64,000 bases of DNA from an uncultured Desulfarculus sp. GTDB lineage: Bacteria; Desulfobacterota; Desulfarculia; Desulfarculales; Desulfarculaceae. Positions within the stretch are counted from its first letter, which is position 1; every line of letters begins with the position of its first letter. Below are positions 33,124 to 43,719 of the stretch, in pieces. The stretch is taken from positions 2,304,001 through 2,368,000 of the forward strand of contig CAXXUK010000001.1 of the NCBI GenBank assembly GCA_963665125.2. Direction: 5' to 3'. A program made the position numbers and the translations under genes. Below the pieces are notes generated by a model. It was given only the letters and a program-made list of their open reading frames with translations. It had not been told where the DNA came from and ran no database searches.

Positions 33124-33318
33124 TGCTTCCTCAGGTTGAACTTGCCACAATTAACAAGCATTTCAACAACCTGATACTTTGCCCCTGCTAAAATAATGAC
33201 CTATTTCAGCCGTTTTTTACAAGTGTATATCTATATATCGGATGATACGAGTCTGTCCCTAAATGTATTTGTTAGCAGTCTCCACCATGCCTGTCAACAT
33301 ATCCCCTGGAGATGTAAC

Positions 33319-33357
33319 AAAAAAACCGGCGGCAACCCCTGTTGGGCCTGCCGCCGG
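33319..33357 (-). terminator. Terminator of the mutase operon
   Basis: Minus strand CCGGCGGCA...TGCCGCCGG followed by T7. Confidence 0.8.
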
Positions 33358-33378
33358 CTTAATGCGAAAAATGATTAT

Positions 33379-33780
33379 TTAACCTACCGAACGTTTCAAG
33401 TTGGCCTTGATGTATTCGACAATTTCGTCGGTCTTGGTGCCGGGCCCGAAAACATCGGCTATGCCAGCCTGTTTGAGGGCCGGGATGTCCTCTTCCGGGA
33501 TGATGCCGCCGCCGATGACCAATACATCCTCAAGGCCCTTTTCACGCATCAGTTCCATGATTCGCGGAAAAAGGTAGTCATGGGCGCCGCTGAGCACCGA
33601 AAGGCAGACCACGTCCACGTCTTCCTGCATGGCCGCGCTGACGATTTGCTCGGGGCTTTGGCGCAGGCCGGTATAGATGACCTCCATGCCCGCGTCGCGC
33701 AGGGCCGAGGCGATGACCTTGACCCCTCGGTCATGGCCGTCCAGACCGGGTTTGGCCGCCAGAACTCTTATCTTACTCAT
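33379..33780 (-). CDS. Methylmalonyl-CoA mutase, cobalamin-binding (small) subunit
   Basis: [11 protein letters not shown] (DxHxxG), SVLSGAH, GGGIIP. Confidence 0.93.
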   Translation of the reverse strand: MSKIRVLAAKPGLDGHDRGVKVIASALRDAGMEVIYTGLRQSPEQIVSAAMQEDVDVVCLSVLSGAHDYLFPRIMELMREKGLEDVLVIGGGIIPEEDIPALKQAGIADVFGPGTKTDEIVEYIKANLKRSVG

Positions 33781-33790
33781 GGCCGCCCTC

Positions 33791-35452
33791 CTATATCGTC
33801 ACCGGGGCCTGGTATTCGCCATAGACCCCGCGCATGGTGTCACAGATTTCGCCCAAGGTGGCGTAGACGCGCACGCAATCGAGAATGCGCGGCATCAGGT
33901 TTTCCGTGCCCTGGGCGGCGGTCTTCAAGGCCGCCAGATTGGCGTCCACCGCCGCGTTGTCGCGTTCGGCCCGCAGTTTGGCCAGGCGCTTGGCCTGTTC
34001 CTGGCCCACGATGGGGTCGACCTTGAGCCGCTCGCCGGTGAACTCCTCGTTGGTGATGAACTTGTTGACGCCCACCACCACGCGCTCGCCGCTCTCGACG
34101 TCCTTTTGGTATTTGTAGGCCGCTTCCTGGATCTCGCGCTGGACAAATCCCTGCTCGATGGCCGATACGCTGCCGCCCATCTCGTCGATGCGCTTGATGT
34201 ACTCCTCGGCATTTCGCTCGATCTCGTCGGTCAGCGCCTCGACATAATAGCTGCCGGCCAGGGGATCGATGGTCTCGGTGACACCCGTCTCGTATCCGAT
34301 GACCTGCTGGGTGCGCAGGGCGATGGTCACCGAATCCTGGGTGGGCAGGCACAGGGCCTCGTCCATGGAGTTGGTGTGCAGGCTCTGGGTGCCGCCCAAC
34401 ACCGCGCTCATGGCCTGGAAGGCCACGCGCATGATGTTGTTCTTGGGCTGCTGGGCCGTCAGGCTGCACCCCGCCGTCTGGGTGTGGAAGCGGATCATCT
34501 GGCTTTTCGGGTTGGTGGCCCCGAAGCGCTCTTTCATGATCCGGGCCCACAGCCTGCGGGCCGCCCGGTACTTGGCCACTTCTTCCAGGAAGTCCGAATG
34601 CGCGTTGAAGAAGAAGCTCAGGCGCGGTCCGAATTGGTCGACATCCAGGCCCGCCTCAATGGCCGCCTGGACGTAGGACATGCCGTTGGCCAGGGTGAAG
34701 GCCACTTCCTGCACGGCCGTGGAACCGGCCTCGCGGATATGGTAGCCGCTGATACTGATGGTGTTCCACTGGGGCACTTCCTGGGCGCAGTAGGCGAAGA
34801 TGTCGGTGATGATGCGCATGCTGGGCCTGGGCGGGAAGATGTAGGTGCCCCGGCTGGAGTACTCCTTGAGGATGTCGTTTTGGATCGTGCCGCGAAGCTG
34901 ATCCGGCGTCACGCCCTGTTTTTCGGCCACGGCGATGTACATGGCCAACAGCACCGAAGCCGGCGAGTTGATGGTCATGGACGTCGAGACCTTGTCCAGG
35001 GGGATCTGGTCGAACAGAAGCTCCATGTCGGCCAGGGAGCTGATGCTCACGCCGACCTTGCCCACCTCCCCGTGGGCCAGGGCGTGGTCCGCGTCGTAGC
35101 CGATCTGGGTGGGCAGGTCAAAGGCCACGCTCAGGCCGGTCTGGCCCTGCTCCAACAGGTAGCGGTAGCGCTTGTTGCTCTCGGCGGCCGTGGCGAAACC
35201 GGCGTATTGGCGCATGGTCCACAAACGGCCGCGGTACATGTTGGGCTGAACGCCGCGGGTATAGGGATACTGGCCCGGGAAGCCGATTTTTCCGGCATAG
35301 TCCTCGCCGGGCTCTTGGGGCAGATACAGTCTGTCCACCGGCAGGTCGCTGATGGTGTTGAACTGGGCCTTGCGCTCGGGGCGTTTGGCCAGCAGCTTGT
35401 CAACGCTAGCCTGCCACTTTTGCAGACTGCCGTCAAAGCTGGACGCGCTCAT
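33791..35452 (-). CDS. Methylmalonyl-CoA mutase, substrate-binding (large) subunit
   Basis: WTMRQYAGF (Tyr indicates MCM rather than ICM/HCM), [38 protein letters not shown]. Confidence 0.93.
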   Translation of the reverse strand: MSASSFDGSLQKWQASVDKLLAKRPERKAQFNTISDLPVDRLYLPQEPGEDYAGKIGFPGQYPYTRGVQPNMYRGRLWTMRQYAGFATAAESNKRYRYLLEQGQTGLSVAFDLPTQIGYDADHALAHGEVGKVGVSISSLADMELLFDQIPLDKVSTSMTINSPASVLLAMYIAVAEKQGVTPDQLRGTIQNDILKEYSSRGTYIFPPRPSMRIITDIFAYCAQEVPQWNTISISGYHIREAGSTAVQEVAFTLANGMSYVQAAIEAGLDVDQFGPRLSFFFNAHSDFLEEVAKYRAARRLWARIMKERFGATNPKSQMIRFHTQTAGCSLTAQQPKNNIMRVAFQAMSAVLGGTQSLHTNSMDEALCLPTQDSVTIALRTQQVIGYETGVTETIDPLAGSYYVEALTDEIERNAEEYIKRIDEMGGSVSAIEQGFVQREIQEAAYKYQKDVESGERVVVGVNKFITNEEFTGERLKVDPIVGQEQAKRLAKLRAERDNAAVDANLAALKTAAQGTENLMPRILDCVRVYATLGEICDTMRGVYGEYQAPVTI

Positions 35453-35467
35453 ACAATACCTCCGGTC

Positions 35468-37033
35468 CTACAGGGGCACGTTGCCGTGACGCCGCACTGG
35501 GCGGAACGTGCGTTTGTTCTTCAAGGCTTCCAGAGACCGGATCACCTTGACCCTGGTGTTGGCGGGCATGATGATCTCGTCGATGTAACCCAGTTCGGCC
35601 GCCTTGTAGGGGCTGGCGAAGTTGGCGCGGTAGTTGGCCACCAGCTCCTGGTAGGCCGCGGCCTTGTCCTCGGCTTTGTCCAACTGCTTGCGGAAGACGA
35701 TGTTGACCGCGCCCTCGGGGCCCATGACCGCGATCTCGGCCGTGGGGTAGGCGAAGTTCACGTCCGCGCCGTGGTGCTTGGAGCCCATGACGTCATAGGC
35801 GCCGCCGTAGGCCTTGCGGGTGATGATGGTGATCAGAGGCACCGTGGCCTCGCAGTAGGCGTAGATCATTTTGGAGCCGTGGGTAATGATGCCGCCGTAT
35901 TCCTGCTGGATGCCGGGCAGGAAGCCCGGAACGTCCACGAAGGTGATCACCGGGATGTTGAAGGCGTCGCAGAAGCGTACGAAGCGGGCGCCCTTGCGCG
36001 AGGCGTCGATATCCAGGCAGCCGGCCATGAACATGGGGTTGTTGGCCACGATGCCCACCACATGGCCGCCCATGCGGGCGAACGCGGTGATCATGTTCTT
36101 GGCCCAGTAGGCGGCGACCTCGAAGAACGTGTCCTTGTCCACCACCGTCTGGATCAGCTTTTTCATGTTGTAGGGCGATTTGGGGCTGTCGGGGATCATC
36201 GGGCCGATCTCCGGACAGGTGCGGCGGACATCGTCGCCGGTGTCCTTGAACGGGGCCTTTTCCTCCCAATTGGAAGGCAGGTAGCCCAACAATTTGCGGA
36301 CCTGTTCAAGGCAGTCCTCGTCGTTTTTGGCCATGAACTGGGCCACGCCGCTCTTCTGGTTGTGGACCTTGGCTCCACCCAGGGTTTCGCTGGTCACGTC
36401 CTCGTTGGTCACGGTCTTGATGACCTGGGGACCGGTGATGTGCATGTAACTGGTCTGGTCGACCATGAAAATGAAGTCGGTGATGGCCGGAGAATACACC
36501 GCGCCGCCGGCGCAGGGCCCCATGATGGCGCTGATCTGGGGCACAACGCCCGAGGCCAGCACGTTGCGGCGGAAGATTTCGCCGTAGGAGGCCAACGAAA
36601 CGACCCCCTCCTGGATGCGGGCGCCGCCCGAGTCATTAAGGCCGACAACCGGCGCGCCGCTCTTTACGGCCAGGTCCATTATCTTGCAGACCTTTTCGCC
36701 GAACGGGCCGGAAAGCGAACCGCCGAACACCGTAAAGTCCTGACTGAACAAAAAGACCGGCCGGCCTTCCACTTGGCCGAAACCGGTTACCACGCCGTCG
36801 CCGGGGATCATGTTTTTGTCCATGTCGAAATCATGGCAACGGTGCACCACGAAACGGTCGAACTCCTGGAACGTGCCTTCATCGACAAACTGATCGATTC
36901 TTTCACGGGCCGTGAGTTTGCCCTTGTCGTGTTGGGCCTGGATGCGTTTTTGTCCGCCACCCAAGGCCGCCTGATCATTCCTGCGCTGTAATTCTTCAAT
37001 TTTTTCGCGCGTGGAGGGGGCCATGTCACTCAT
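35468..37033 (-). CDS. Acyl-CoA carboxyltransferase (PccB/MmdA/12S-type)
   Basis: [39 protein letters not shown], terminal HGNVPL. Confidence 0.93.
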   Translation of the reverse strand: MSDMAPSTREKIEELQRRNDQAALGGGQKRIQAQHDKGKLTARERIDQFVDEGTFQEFDRFVVHRCHDFDMDKNMIPGDGVVTGFGQVEGRPVFLFSQDFTVFGGSLSGPFGEKVCKIMDLAVKSGAPVVGLNDSGGARIQEGVVSLASYGEIFRRNVLASGVVPQISAIMGPCAGGAVYSPAITDFIFMVDQTSYMHITGPQVIKTVTNEDVTSETLGGAKVHNQKSGVAQFMAKNDEDCLEQVRKLLGYLPSNWEEKAPFKDTGDDVRRTCPEIGPMIPDSPKSPYNMKKLIQTVVDKDTFFEVAAYWAKNMITAFARMGGHVVGIVANNPMFMAGCLDIDASRKGARFVRFCDAFNIPVITFVDVPGFLPGIQQEYGGIITHGSKMIYAYCEATVPLITIITRKAYGGAYDVMGSKHHGADVNFAYPTAEIAVMGPEGAVNIVFRKQLDKAEDKAAAYQELVANYRANFASPYKAAELGYIDEIIMPANTRVKVIRSLEALKNKRTFRPVRRHGNVPL

Positions 37034-37093
37034 CTAAAGTGCCTCCTTGCGGTTGTTAATACGGGGTTTGCTCTACTGTGCTTTGCCCGCCAT

Positions 37094-37150
37094 AAAAAAG
37101 CAAGACCGCAGGCAAAGGAATACGACGGGGTATCCCCTTAGCCTGCGGTC
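37094..37150 (-). terminator. Terminator-like hairpin between the biotin carrier gene and the carboxyltransferase
   Basis: Minus strand GACCGCAGGC...GCCTGCGGTC followed by TTGCTTTTTT. Confidence 0.6.
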
Positions 37151-37183
37151 AAATTTTCCAGATGCCCGCATAGGGGCACTCAA

Positions 37184-37396
37184 TCAGCTCAATACCAGCA
37201 ATACCTGCTCGGCCTCTACAGCCTGACCGGCTTCGCATTTAACCTCGGCAACGGTTCCGGCCTCGTCGGCCAGAATAGGCATTTCCATCTTCATTGCTTC
37301 CAGGACCACCACTTCGTCGTCCATGGCCACGCTGTCACCGACCTTCACGGAAATCTTTATAACCTTGCCACCCATAGGTGCTTTAATCTCAGCCAA
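37184..37396 (-). CDS. Stand-alone biotin carboxyl carrier protein (70 aa)
   Basis: EAMKME biotinylation motif; TTG start with GGGAGG RBS. Confidence 0.9.
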   Translation of the reverse strand: MAEIKAPMGGKVIKISVKVGDSVAMDDEVVVLEAMKMEMPILADEAGTVAEVKCEAGQAVEAEQVLLVLS

Positions 37397-37550
37397 TTTT
37401 ATCCTCCCAAGGCGCCCTCTCAGGGCCGCTTTAGCAGTTCCATTTCATCCCAAAATTTGAATCATCGAAGAATAGACTGTGGCTTCGGGTATGTCAAGGC
37501 TAAACGCCAGCGCCCGTACCAGCTTTAAACCTTTGCATTCATCAATGCTC

Positions 37551-37587
37551 AAAAAAAAAGAGGAAGCGGCCAACGGCCGCCTCCTCC
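37551..37587 (-). terminator. Terminator of the LysM gene
   Basis: Minus strand GAGGAGGCGGCCGTTGGCCGCTTCCTC followed by T9. Confidence 0.8.
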
Positions 37588-37640
37588 CCTTATTTACACT
37601 TCAGTTGCCGGGTACTATCCGGCCGATTCCGAAGCGGGAA

Positions 37641-38087
37641 TCACTTCGGAGGGCAGTAGCGCTTGGCGCCTGCCGGCGGAATGTACTTCGGGAACTTCTT
37701 GGCCGTCTCGCGGGCAGCAGCCTTGTCGGCGTCGCTGACATCGCGGGGGATGGTCAAGACAGTGCCGGGATCGATCTTGTTGGCGTTGGAGACCTTGTCC
37801 TTGTTGGCGTCATAGAGCAGAGGCCACAGCCAAGGATCACCGTACACCTGGGGCTTGGCACTGATGGCCCACAGGTCGTCGCACTTTTCAACCGTATAGG
37901 TGGTCGGCAGTTCCGGGGCCGGAGCCGGCTTCTCGGTTACCGGAGCGGGTACGCCTTCAAATTTCTTTACAGGCGGTGGAGCCGGTGCCTCGGGCTCCAC
38001 GCCACAAACCGACGCACAGCCACTGAGCATCCCCAGGGCAATCACAGCCACCAAAACGGGCAGAAACTTCCCTAAAACCTTCCTCAT
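37641..38087 (-). CDS. LysM-domain lipoprotein
   Basis: MRKVLGK...LGMLSG-C lipobox; YTVEKCDDLWAISAK..VYGDPWLWPLLYDANKD...IDPGTVLTIP LysM; AGGAGG RBS. Confidence 0.85.
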   Translation of the reverse strand: MRKVLGKFLPVLVAVIALGMLSGCASVCGVEPEAPAPPPVKKFEGVPAPVTEKPAPAPELPTTYTVEKCDDLWAISAKPQVYGDPWLWPLLYDANKDKVSNANKIDPGTVLTIPRDVSDADKAAARETAKKFPKYIPPAGAKRYCPPK

Positions 38088-38286
38088 CACCCAAATCCTC
38101 CTTCCCGTCCATATGGGGTATAGGCCGCAACAGCATAGCCCAAACCACCACGGCTTGGGAGCTGCGATTGCATACGTAATTATAGCCATCTCTGGCTTCG
38201 AGTCCATTGTAGACAGGCCTGGAAAAACATGTCAAATAAAATTGACGCAGGAATTTGATAACATACGCCTGTTTTTCCCCGGCATC

Positions 38287-40074
38287 TTAGTCGAGCTTTT
38301 CCACCCGCAACCCAAGTTCCAACAGTTGACCGCGATCGACCCTGGAGGGGGCGTCGGTCAACGGGCATGCGGCTTTTTGGGTTTTGGGGAATGCGATGAC
38401 CTCCCTGATGGAGGACTGTTTGGCCAAAATAGCCACTAACCTATCGAAACCCAAGGCCAATCCGCCATGCGGCGGCGCACCGAATTCAAGGGCGTCCAGC
38501 AGGAAACCAAACTTTTCCCTGGCCTCGTCATCGCCGATGTTAAGCGCGTTGAAGGTCTTGGCTTGAATTTCCGGCTTATGAATACGGATCGAACCGCCGC
38601 CCACCTCGGAGCCGTTGAGCACCAGGTCGTAGGCCCGGGCCAGGCAGGCCTCCGGGTCGCTTGCGAGCTTGTCCTCGAACTCCGGCTTGGGCGCGGTAAA
38701 CGGATGGTGCATGGCCGTATAGCGTTTTTCGTCGGTGTCGTACTCGAACATGGGAAAATCGGTGACCCAGCAGAAACGCAGATCATCACGGCTGGTCAGT
38801 TCGAAACGCCGGGACAGTTCCAGGCGCAGGCGGCCCAAAGCCTCGCTGACCACGGGCTTGGCATCGGCGCCGAAGAACAGGATATCGCCTTCCTGGGCCT
38901 CCATCCGCTGGTTGACCTCTGCCTGCACCTCGGGTTCGATGAACTTGGCGATGGGCGACTGCCACTCGCCGCCGGCCTTCATCTTGACCCAGGCCAGGCC
39001 CTTTGCGCCGTAATCGGCCACGAACGAAGTGAGGTCGTCGAGGTCCTTGCGCGAAAGGGTGGCCATGCCCTTGCCGTTGATGGCCTTGACCACGCCGCCG
39101 CCGTTCACGGCCCCGCGGAAGACCTTGAATTCGGTCTTTTGCATCAAGTCGCTGAGGTTGGTCAGCTCCAGGCCGAAGCGGATGTCCGGGGCGTCCAGAC
39201 CGAAGCGGTCCATGGCCTCGGCATAGGTCAGCCGGGGCACCTGGCCCATGGCCTGGCCCCTGGTGGCCTGCATGATGGCGTCCACCAAGCCCTCGGTCAG
39301 GTCCATGACGTCGTCCTCGCTGACAAAGCTCATCTCCAGGTCCACCTGGGTGAACTCGGGCTGGCGGTCGGCCCGCAGGTCTTCGTCGCGGAAGCATTTG
39401 ACGATCTGGAAATATCGTTCGATTCCGCCGACCATCAGCAACTGCTTGAAAAGCTGGGGCGATTGGGGCAACGCGTAGAAGCTGCCCCGCTGGACACGGC
39501 TGGGCACCAGATAGTCCCGGGCACCCTCTGGGGTGCTCTTGGTCAGGAACGGCGTTTCCACCTCCAGGAAGCCCTTGCCGTCCAAATAGCGGCGGGCGGC
39601 CTGGGCGGCCTTGTGCCGCAGCAGGATGTTGGCGAATACCTCGGGCCGGCGCAGATCCAGGTAGCGGTATTTCAGGCGGATCGTTTCGTTGACGTCGATC
39701 CATTCCTCCAGCATGAACGGCGGGGTCTTGGAGCCGTTGAGGATCTCGAACTCCGAGACGTAGACCTCGATTTCGCCGGTGCCCAGCTTCTCGTTGGTCA
39801 TGCCCTCTGGGCGGGCGTCGACCTTGCCTTTGAGGGCCAGACAGAATTCGCTGCGGATGGAATGGGCCAGGCTGTGGGATCCGCCGCTGACCTCGGGGTT
39901 GAACACAACCTGGGTCAGGCCGGTGCGGTCGCGCAGGTCCACGAAGATGAGGCCGCCGTGATCGCGGCGGCGCTGGCACCAGCCCATGAGCACAACTTCC
40001 TTGCCCACGTCGGACTTGGTGAGTTGGCCGCAGGTATGGGTTCTTTTCAGTTCGGTAATGAATTTTTCAGCCAC
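38287..40074 (-). CDS. aspS: Aspartate-tRNA ligase (probably non-discriminating)
   Basis: KRTHTCG, RRDHGGLIFVDLRD, FRDEDLRADRQPEFTQ, PPHGGLALGFDRL; GTG start after CAGGAG. Confidence 0.97.
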   Translation of the reverse strand: MAEKFITELKRTHTCGQLTKSDVGKEVVLMGWCQRRRDHGGLIFVDLRDRTGLTQVVFNPEVSGGSHSLAHSIRSEFCLALKGKVDARPEGMTNEKLGTGEIEVYVSEFEILNGSKTPPFMLEEWIDVNETIRLKYRYLDLRRPEVFANILLRHKAAQAARRYLDGKGFLEVETPFLTKSTPEGARDYLVPSRVQRGSFYALPQSPQLFKQLLMVGGIERYFQIVKCFRDEDLRADRQPEFTQVDLEMSFVSEDDVMDLTEGLVDAIMQATRGQAMGQVPRLTYAEAMDRFGLDAPDIRFGLELTNLSDLMQKTEFKVFRGAVNGGGVVKAINGKGMATLSRKDLDDLTSFVADYGAKGLAWVKMKAGGEWQSPIAKFIEPEVQAEVNQRMEAQEGDILFFGADAKPVVSEALGRLRLELSRRFELTSRDDLRFCWVTDFPMFEYDTDEKRYTAMHHPFTAPKPEFEDKLASDPEACLARAYDLVLNGSEVGGGSIRIHKPEIQAKTFNALNIGDDEAREKFGFLLDALEFGAPPHGGLALGFDRLVAILAKQSSIREVIAFPKTQKAACPLTDAPSRVDRGQLLELGLRVEKLD

Positions 40075-40127
40075 TGTAGCAGCTCCTGACCACATAAAAG
40101 ACCTAAGGCGGCGGATTGCCGCCGAGT

Positions 40128-41402
40128 TTACGCCAATTTCCGCAAAAGCGCCCGGCCCAAGCCCTCCAGGCTCACTTCGTCCTGGCCGCCGTCCTGGGCC
40201 ATGTCCTTGAGCAGGGCTTTGCCGCTTTGCAACTCGTCACCGCCGACGATGAGCACCCGGGCCGAGCCTATCTTGTTGGCCCGGCGCATCTGGGCCTTTA
40301 AGCTCTTGTCCTGGCTCATCATATCGACCTTCAAACCGCCCCGGCGCATGATCTGTGCCTGCTCGAAGGCCCAGGCCCTGGGCTCGGCCCCAAGGGCGGC
40401 GATGAACAGGTCCGGCCCTTCGTGCCACTGATCGCGGTCTTCCACCAGCAGGGCCAGACGCTCCAGGCCGCAGCCGAAGCCGATGCCGTTTTCCTCGGGC
40501 CCGCCCAGCTGGGCCACCAGGCCGTCGTAGCGCCCGCCGCCGGCCACGGCGTTCTGGGCGCCCAGGCCGCCGGCAATGGCCTCGAAAGTCGTCCTTACAT
40601 AATAGTCCAGGCCGCGCACCAGACGGGCGTCCTGTTTGTAGACAACACCCGCCGCGCCCAGCATGCCCTTGACCGCCTCGAAGTGTTCGGCGCAGTCGGC
40701 GCAGTGGTACTGACTGATCTCCGGCGCGCCCTGGCTGGCGGCCTTGCAGCCTTCGGCCTTGCAGTCCAGCACCCGCAAAGGGTTTGAGTGCAGACGGCGC
40801 AGGCAGTCTTCGCAGAGTTGGTCTTTTTTTGCCTCAAAGAAATCGATCAGCGCCTGGCGGAAGGCCGGGCGGCACTGGGGGCAGCCCAGAGAGTTTACCA
40901 CCAGCTCGACGTTTTCCAGACCCAGTTCCTTTAATAAGTGATCCAGCATGACCATCAGTTCGGCGTCGACCATGGGGCCGTCGTCGCCCAGGACCTCGCA
41001 GTTGAGCTGGTTGAACTGACGCAGGCGTCCCTTTTGAGGACGCTCCCGGCGGAACATGGGGCCGATGGTGAAAAGCTTGTGCGGTCCGGGCTGGGCGTAG
41101 ACCTTGTTTTCCACATAGGCCCTGAGCACGCCGGCCGTGGCCTCCGGACGCAGGCTGAGCATATCGCCGCCTCGGTCCTCGAAGGTGTACATCTCTTTTT
41201 CGACGATATCGGTGGTTTCGCCGATGGATCGCAAAAAAAGCTCGGTCTTTTCCAGGACAGGCGTCTTTATTTCCTCGAAACCAAAGGCCCCGAACACACG
41301 CCGGGCCGTGGCTTCGATGAACTGCCACTTGTGTATTTCCGGGGCCAGAACATCCTTCATGCCCCTGACAGCCTGAATGGCCACTTTATCACTCTTTCCC
41401 AA
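40128..41402 (-). CDS. hisS: Histidine-tRNA ligase
   Basis: RGMKD, LRPEATAG, FRRERPQKGRLRQF, LVRGLDYY, GGGRYDGL. Confidence 0.97.
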   Translation of the reverse strand: MGKSDKVAIQAVRGMKDVLAPEIHKWQFIEATARRVFGAFGFEEIKTPVLEKTELFLRSIGETTDIVEKEMYTFEDRGGDMLSLRPEATAGVLRAYVENKVYAQPGPHKLFTIGPMFRRERPQKGRLRQFNQLNCEVLGDDGPMVDAELMVMLDHLLKELGLENVELVVNSLGCPQCRPAFRQALIDFFEAKKDQLCEDCLRRLHSNPLRVLDCKAEGCKAASQGAPEISQYHCADCAEHFEAVKGMLGAAGVVYKQDARLVRGLDYYVRTTFEAIAGGLGAQNAVAGGGRYDGLVAQLGGPEENGIGFGCGLERLALLVEDRDQWHEGPDLFIAALGAEPRAWAFEQAQIMRRGGLKVDMMSQDKSLKAQMRRANKIGSARVLIVGGDELQSGKALLKDMAQDGGQDEVSLEGLGRALLRKLA

Positions 41403-41525
41403 GCCCTTGACCGGGCCCGCAGGTATGGAATTGTCGTGTTATACCGGCTTCCCTTGGCGCGGTCAAGGAGCGGACACTCTGGCGTCCGGTGGATCGGCGA
41501 CACGGATGTAGGTTGTCGCGCAAAT

Positions 41526-41543
41526 TGATACATTTTCGTAGCA
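41526..41543. promoter_or_regulatory. Palindromic TAC-N6-GTA site upstream of amtB1
   Basis: TGATAC-ATTTTC-GTAGCA; similar sites at 43398 and 43636. Confidence 0.55.
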
Positions 41544-41625
41544 TTACCCGGCTCTAAAAACTACCGCCAACATGCTCCTTTTAGATAACATATTGTATTG
41601 GCAACATTTTTCTAAACCATAATTA

Positions 41626-41642
41626 TTGGCACCATGGTTGCT
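41626..41642 (+). promoter_or_regulatory. Sigma-54 promoter of amtB1-glnK1
   Basis: TTGGCACCATGGTTGCT. Confidence 0.88.
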
Positions 41643-41728
41643 AATGCTCCTAAGGACAACGCCGAATCAATAACAAACGGCTAACGGCCTCGCGCCCGAC
41701 CTAAAAAAGCAGTAGGAGGACAAATAAT

Positions 41729-42949
41729 ATGGAAAACGCCATCAACGCGGGCGATACCGCATGGATCATTGTCAGCTCCGCTCTGGTGCTGTTGATGACG
41801 CCGGCGCTTGCCTTCTTTTATGGAGGCATGGTGCGCAAAAAAAATATCCTCAGCACCCTCAATCTCAGTTTCATCATGATCGGACTGATCAGCGTGCAGT
41901 GGGTTCTGTACGGCTACACCCTGGCCTTCGGCAAAGACGCCGGCGGCCTGGGCATTGTGGGCGGCCTTAATTACCTGGGCTTCAATGGCGTCACCGGAGC
42001 GCCGCTGGAAGGCCAGACCATCCCCCATCTGATTTTCGCGGCCTTCCAGATGATGTTCGCCATCATCACCCCGGCCCTGATCACCGGCGCCTTTGTCGAC
42101 CGCATCAAGTTCGGCACCTTCCTGGTGTTCAGCCTGATCTGGGCCACCATTGTCTACGATCCGCTGTGCCACTGGGTCTGGGGCGATAACGGCTGGATCG
42201 GCGGACTGGGCGCGTTGGACTTCGCCGGCGGCACGGTCGTCCACATCGCCGCGGGCTTCAGCGCCCTGGCCTTCGCCCTGGCCATCGGCCCCCGCAAGGG
42301 CTTCCCCTCGGTTCCCATGGAACCCCACAACATCCCTTACACCGTATTGGGCGCGGGCCTGTTGTGGTTCGGCTGGTTCGGTTTCAACGCCGGCAGCGCC
42401 TTGGCAGCAGACGGCGCCGCGGCCAACGCCTTTGTAACCACCAACACGGCAGCCGCGGCGGCGGCGGTCGTCTGGATGCTGCTGGCCTGGAAAGACGGCA
42501 AGCCCTCGGTGCTGGGCATCGCCACCGGCGCGGTGGTCGGCCTGGTGGCCATCACCCCGGCCGCCGGTTTCGTAACCCCGCTGGGCGCACTGGCCATCGG
42601 CGCCATCGGCGCGCCTGTGAGCTACTATGCCATGCAGCTTCGTCACAAGCTGGCTTTTGATGAATCCCTGGACGTTTGGGCATGTCACGGCATGGCCGGC
42701 ACCTGGGGCGCGCTGGCCACCGGCCTGTTCGCCGCTCCGGAAATCGGCGAAGCCGCCGGGTTGTTCTACGGCAACCCCGGCCAGCTCTGGATCCAGTTCG
42801 TTTCGGTGGTCGTTACCATCGCCTACGTATTCATCATCACTTTCGTTCTGTGCAAGATCCTGGACGCCGTCATGGGTCTGAGGGTTTCGGCCAAGGCCGA
42901 GGAAATCGGTCTGGACCTCAGCGAACACGGCGAAAGGGCCTACTCGTAG
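41729..42949 (+). CDS. amtB: Ammonium transporter (copy 1)
   Basis: GDTAWI, MTPALAFFYGGMVR.KN, FQMMFA, DFAGGTVVH, WFGFNAGS, DVWACHG, GLDLSEHGE. Confidence 0.96.
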   Translation: MENAINAGDTAWIIVSSALVLLMTPALAFFYGGMVRKKNILSTLNLSFIMIGLISVQWVLYGYTLAFGKDAGGLGIVGGLNYLGFNGVTGAPLEGQTIPHLIFAAFQMMFAIITPALITGAFVDRIKFGTFLVFSLIWATIVYDPLCHWVWGDNGWIGGLGALDFAGGTVVHIAAGFSALAFALAIGPRKGFPSVPMEPHNIPYTVLGAGLLWFGWFGFNAGSALAADGAAANAFVTTNTAAAAAAVVWMLLAWKDGKPSVLGIATGAVVGLVAITPAAGFVTPLGALAIGAIGAPVSYYAMQLRHKLAFDESLDVWACHGMAGTWGALATGLFAAPEIGEAAGLFYGNPGQLWIQFVSVVVTIAYVFIITFVLCKILDAVMGLRVSAKAEEIGLDLSEHGERAYS

Positions 42950-42967
42950 GCAAGGAGAAGGCAAGCC

Positions 42968-43348
42968 ATGCTTAAGAAGATTGAAGCGATCATTCGCGAA
43001 GACAAGTTCAACGACGTCAAGGAAGCCCTGCGCGACATCGGCATCGTGGGCATGAACATAACCGAAATCCGCGGCCACGGCCGCCAGGGCGGCATCGAGC
43101 TCTCCGGACGCTCGGGCACCTTCCAGGTGGACATGCTGCCCAAGATCCAGATCAATATCATCCTCAGCGAGGACAACCTCGACACCGCCGTCAACACGAT
43201 CCTGTCAGCCGGTCGCACCGGCGAAGCCGGAGACGGCCTGATCTTTGTATACCCGGTTGACGAGGTGGTCCGCATCCGAACCGGCGAACGCGGCCACGAG
43301 GCCGTGATGTATCCCGGTGATATCGATGAGAGGAAAAAGAAAAGCTAA
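42968..43348 (+). CDS. glnK: P-II nitrogen regulatory protein (copy 1)
   Basis: KIEAIIR, GHGRQ, LPK, RTGEAGDGLIF, RIRTGE; directly after amtB. Confidence 0.92.
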   Translation: MLKKIEAIIREDKFNDVKEALRDIGIVGMNITEIRGHGRQGGIELSGRSGTFQVDMLPKIQINIILSEDNLDTAVNTILSAGRTGEAGDGLIFVYPVDEVVRIRTGERGHEAVMYPGDIDERKKKS

Positions 43349-43635
43349 GAGCCCGTCACTGCCGCCAGTCCTACCGCCCGGTGGGATTGGCGGCATCGGC
43401 TACCAAAAGGTAGCTATAGAGCCAAAACCAAAGCAAGCAAACCGTTCACCCAAACCCCTCTCCCTCTGAATCCCGGCGCACTCCCCACGAATGTGCCGGG
43501 ATTCGCTCGTCTATTCCATGGGATAGCGACGCCATCCCAATCGGGTGGCCACGCCTGCGTGGCGGCGGCCCGCCGCGGGCAAGGCTCCGGCTTGGCCCCT
43601 TGAAAACCCGAAACCGCCCGGACATGCCCACTTCA

Positions 43636-43653
43636 AGCTACAAACGTGTAGTT
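43636..43653. promoter_or_regulatory. Palindromic TAC-N6-GTA site upstream of amtB2
   Basis: AGCTAC-AAACGT-GTAGTT, about 70-85 bp upstream of the second sigma-54 site. Confidence 0.55.
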
Positions 43654-43719
43654 TATGCCTCTGAATCACGATTCAGCCAACGACCTGTTTTCACGGCCAT
43701 ATTGCCGAAATCGCTCCAG

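Noticed and set aside
33677..36991. 1104-aa plus-strand ORF
   Set aside because: Antisense shadow of the mutase and carboxyltransferase genes; no motifs; expected from high-GC codon bias
38231..38246. GTCAA-N6-TTGAC as a FleQ-like box upstream of the LysM gene
   Set aside because: Spacing is 6 rather than 4 and no sigma-54 promoter follows; may be overlapping -35 elements
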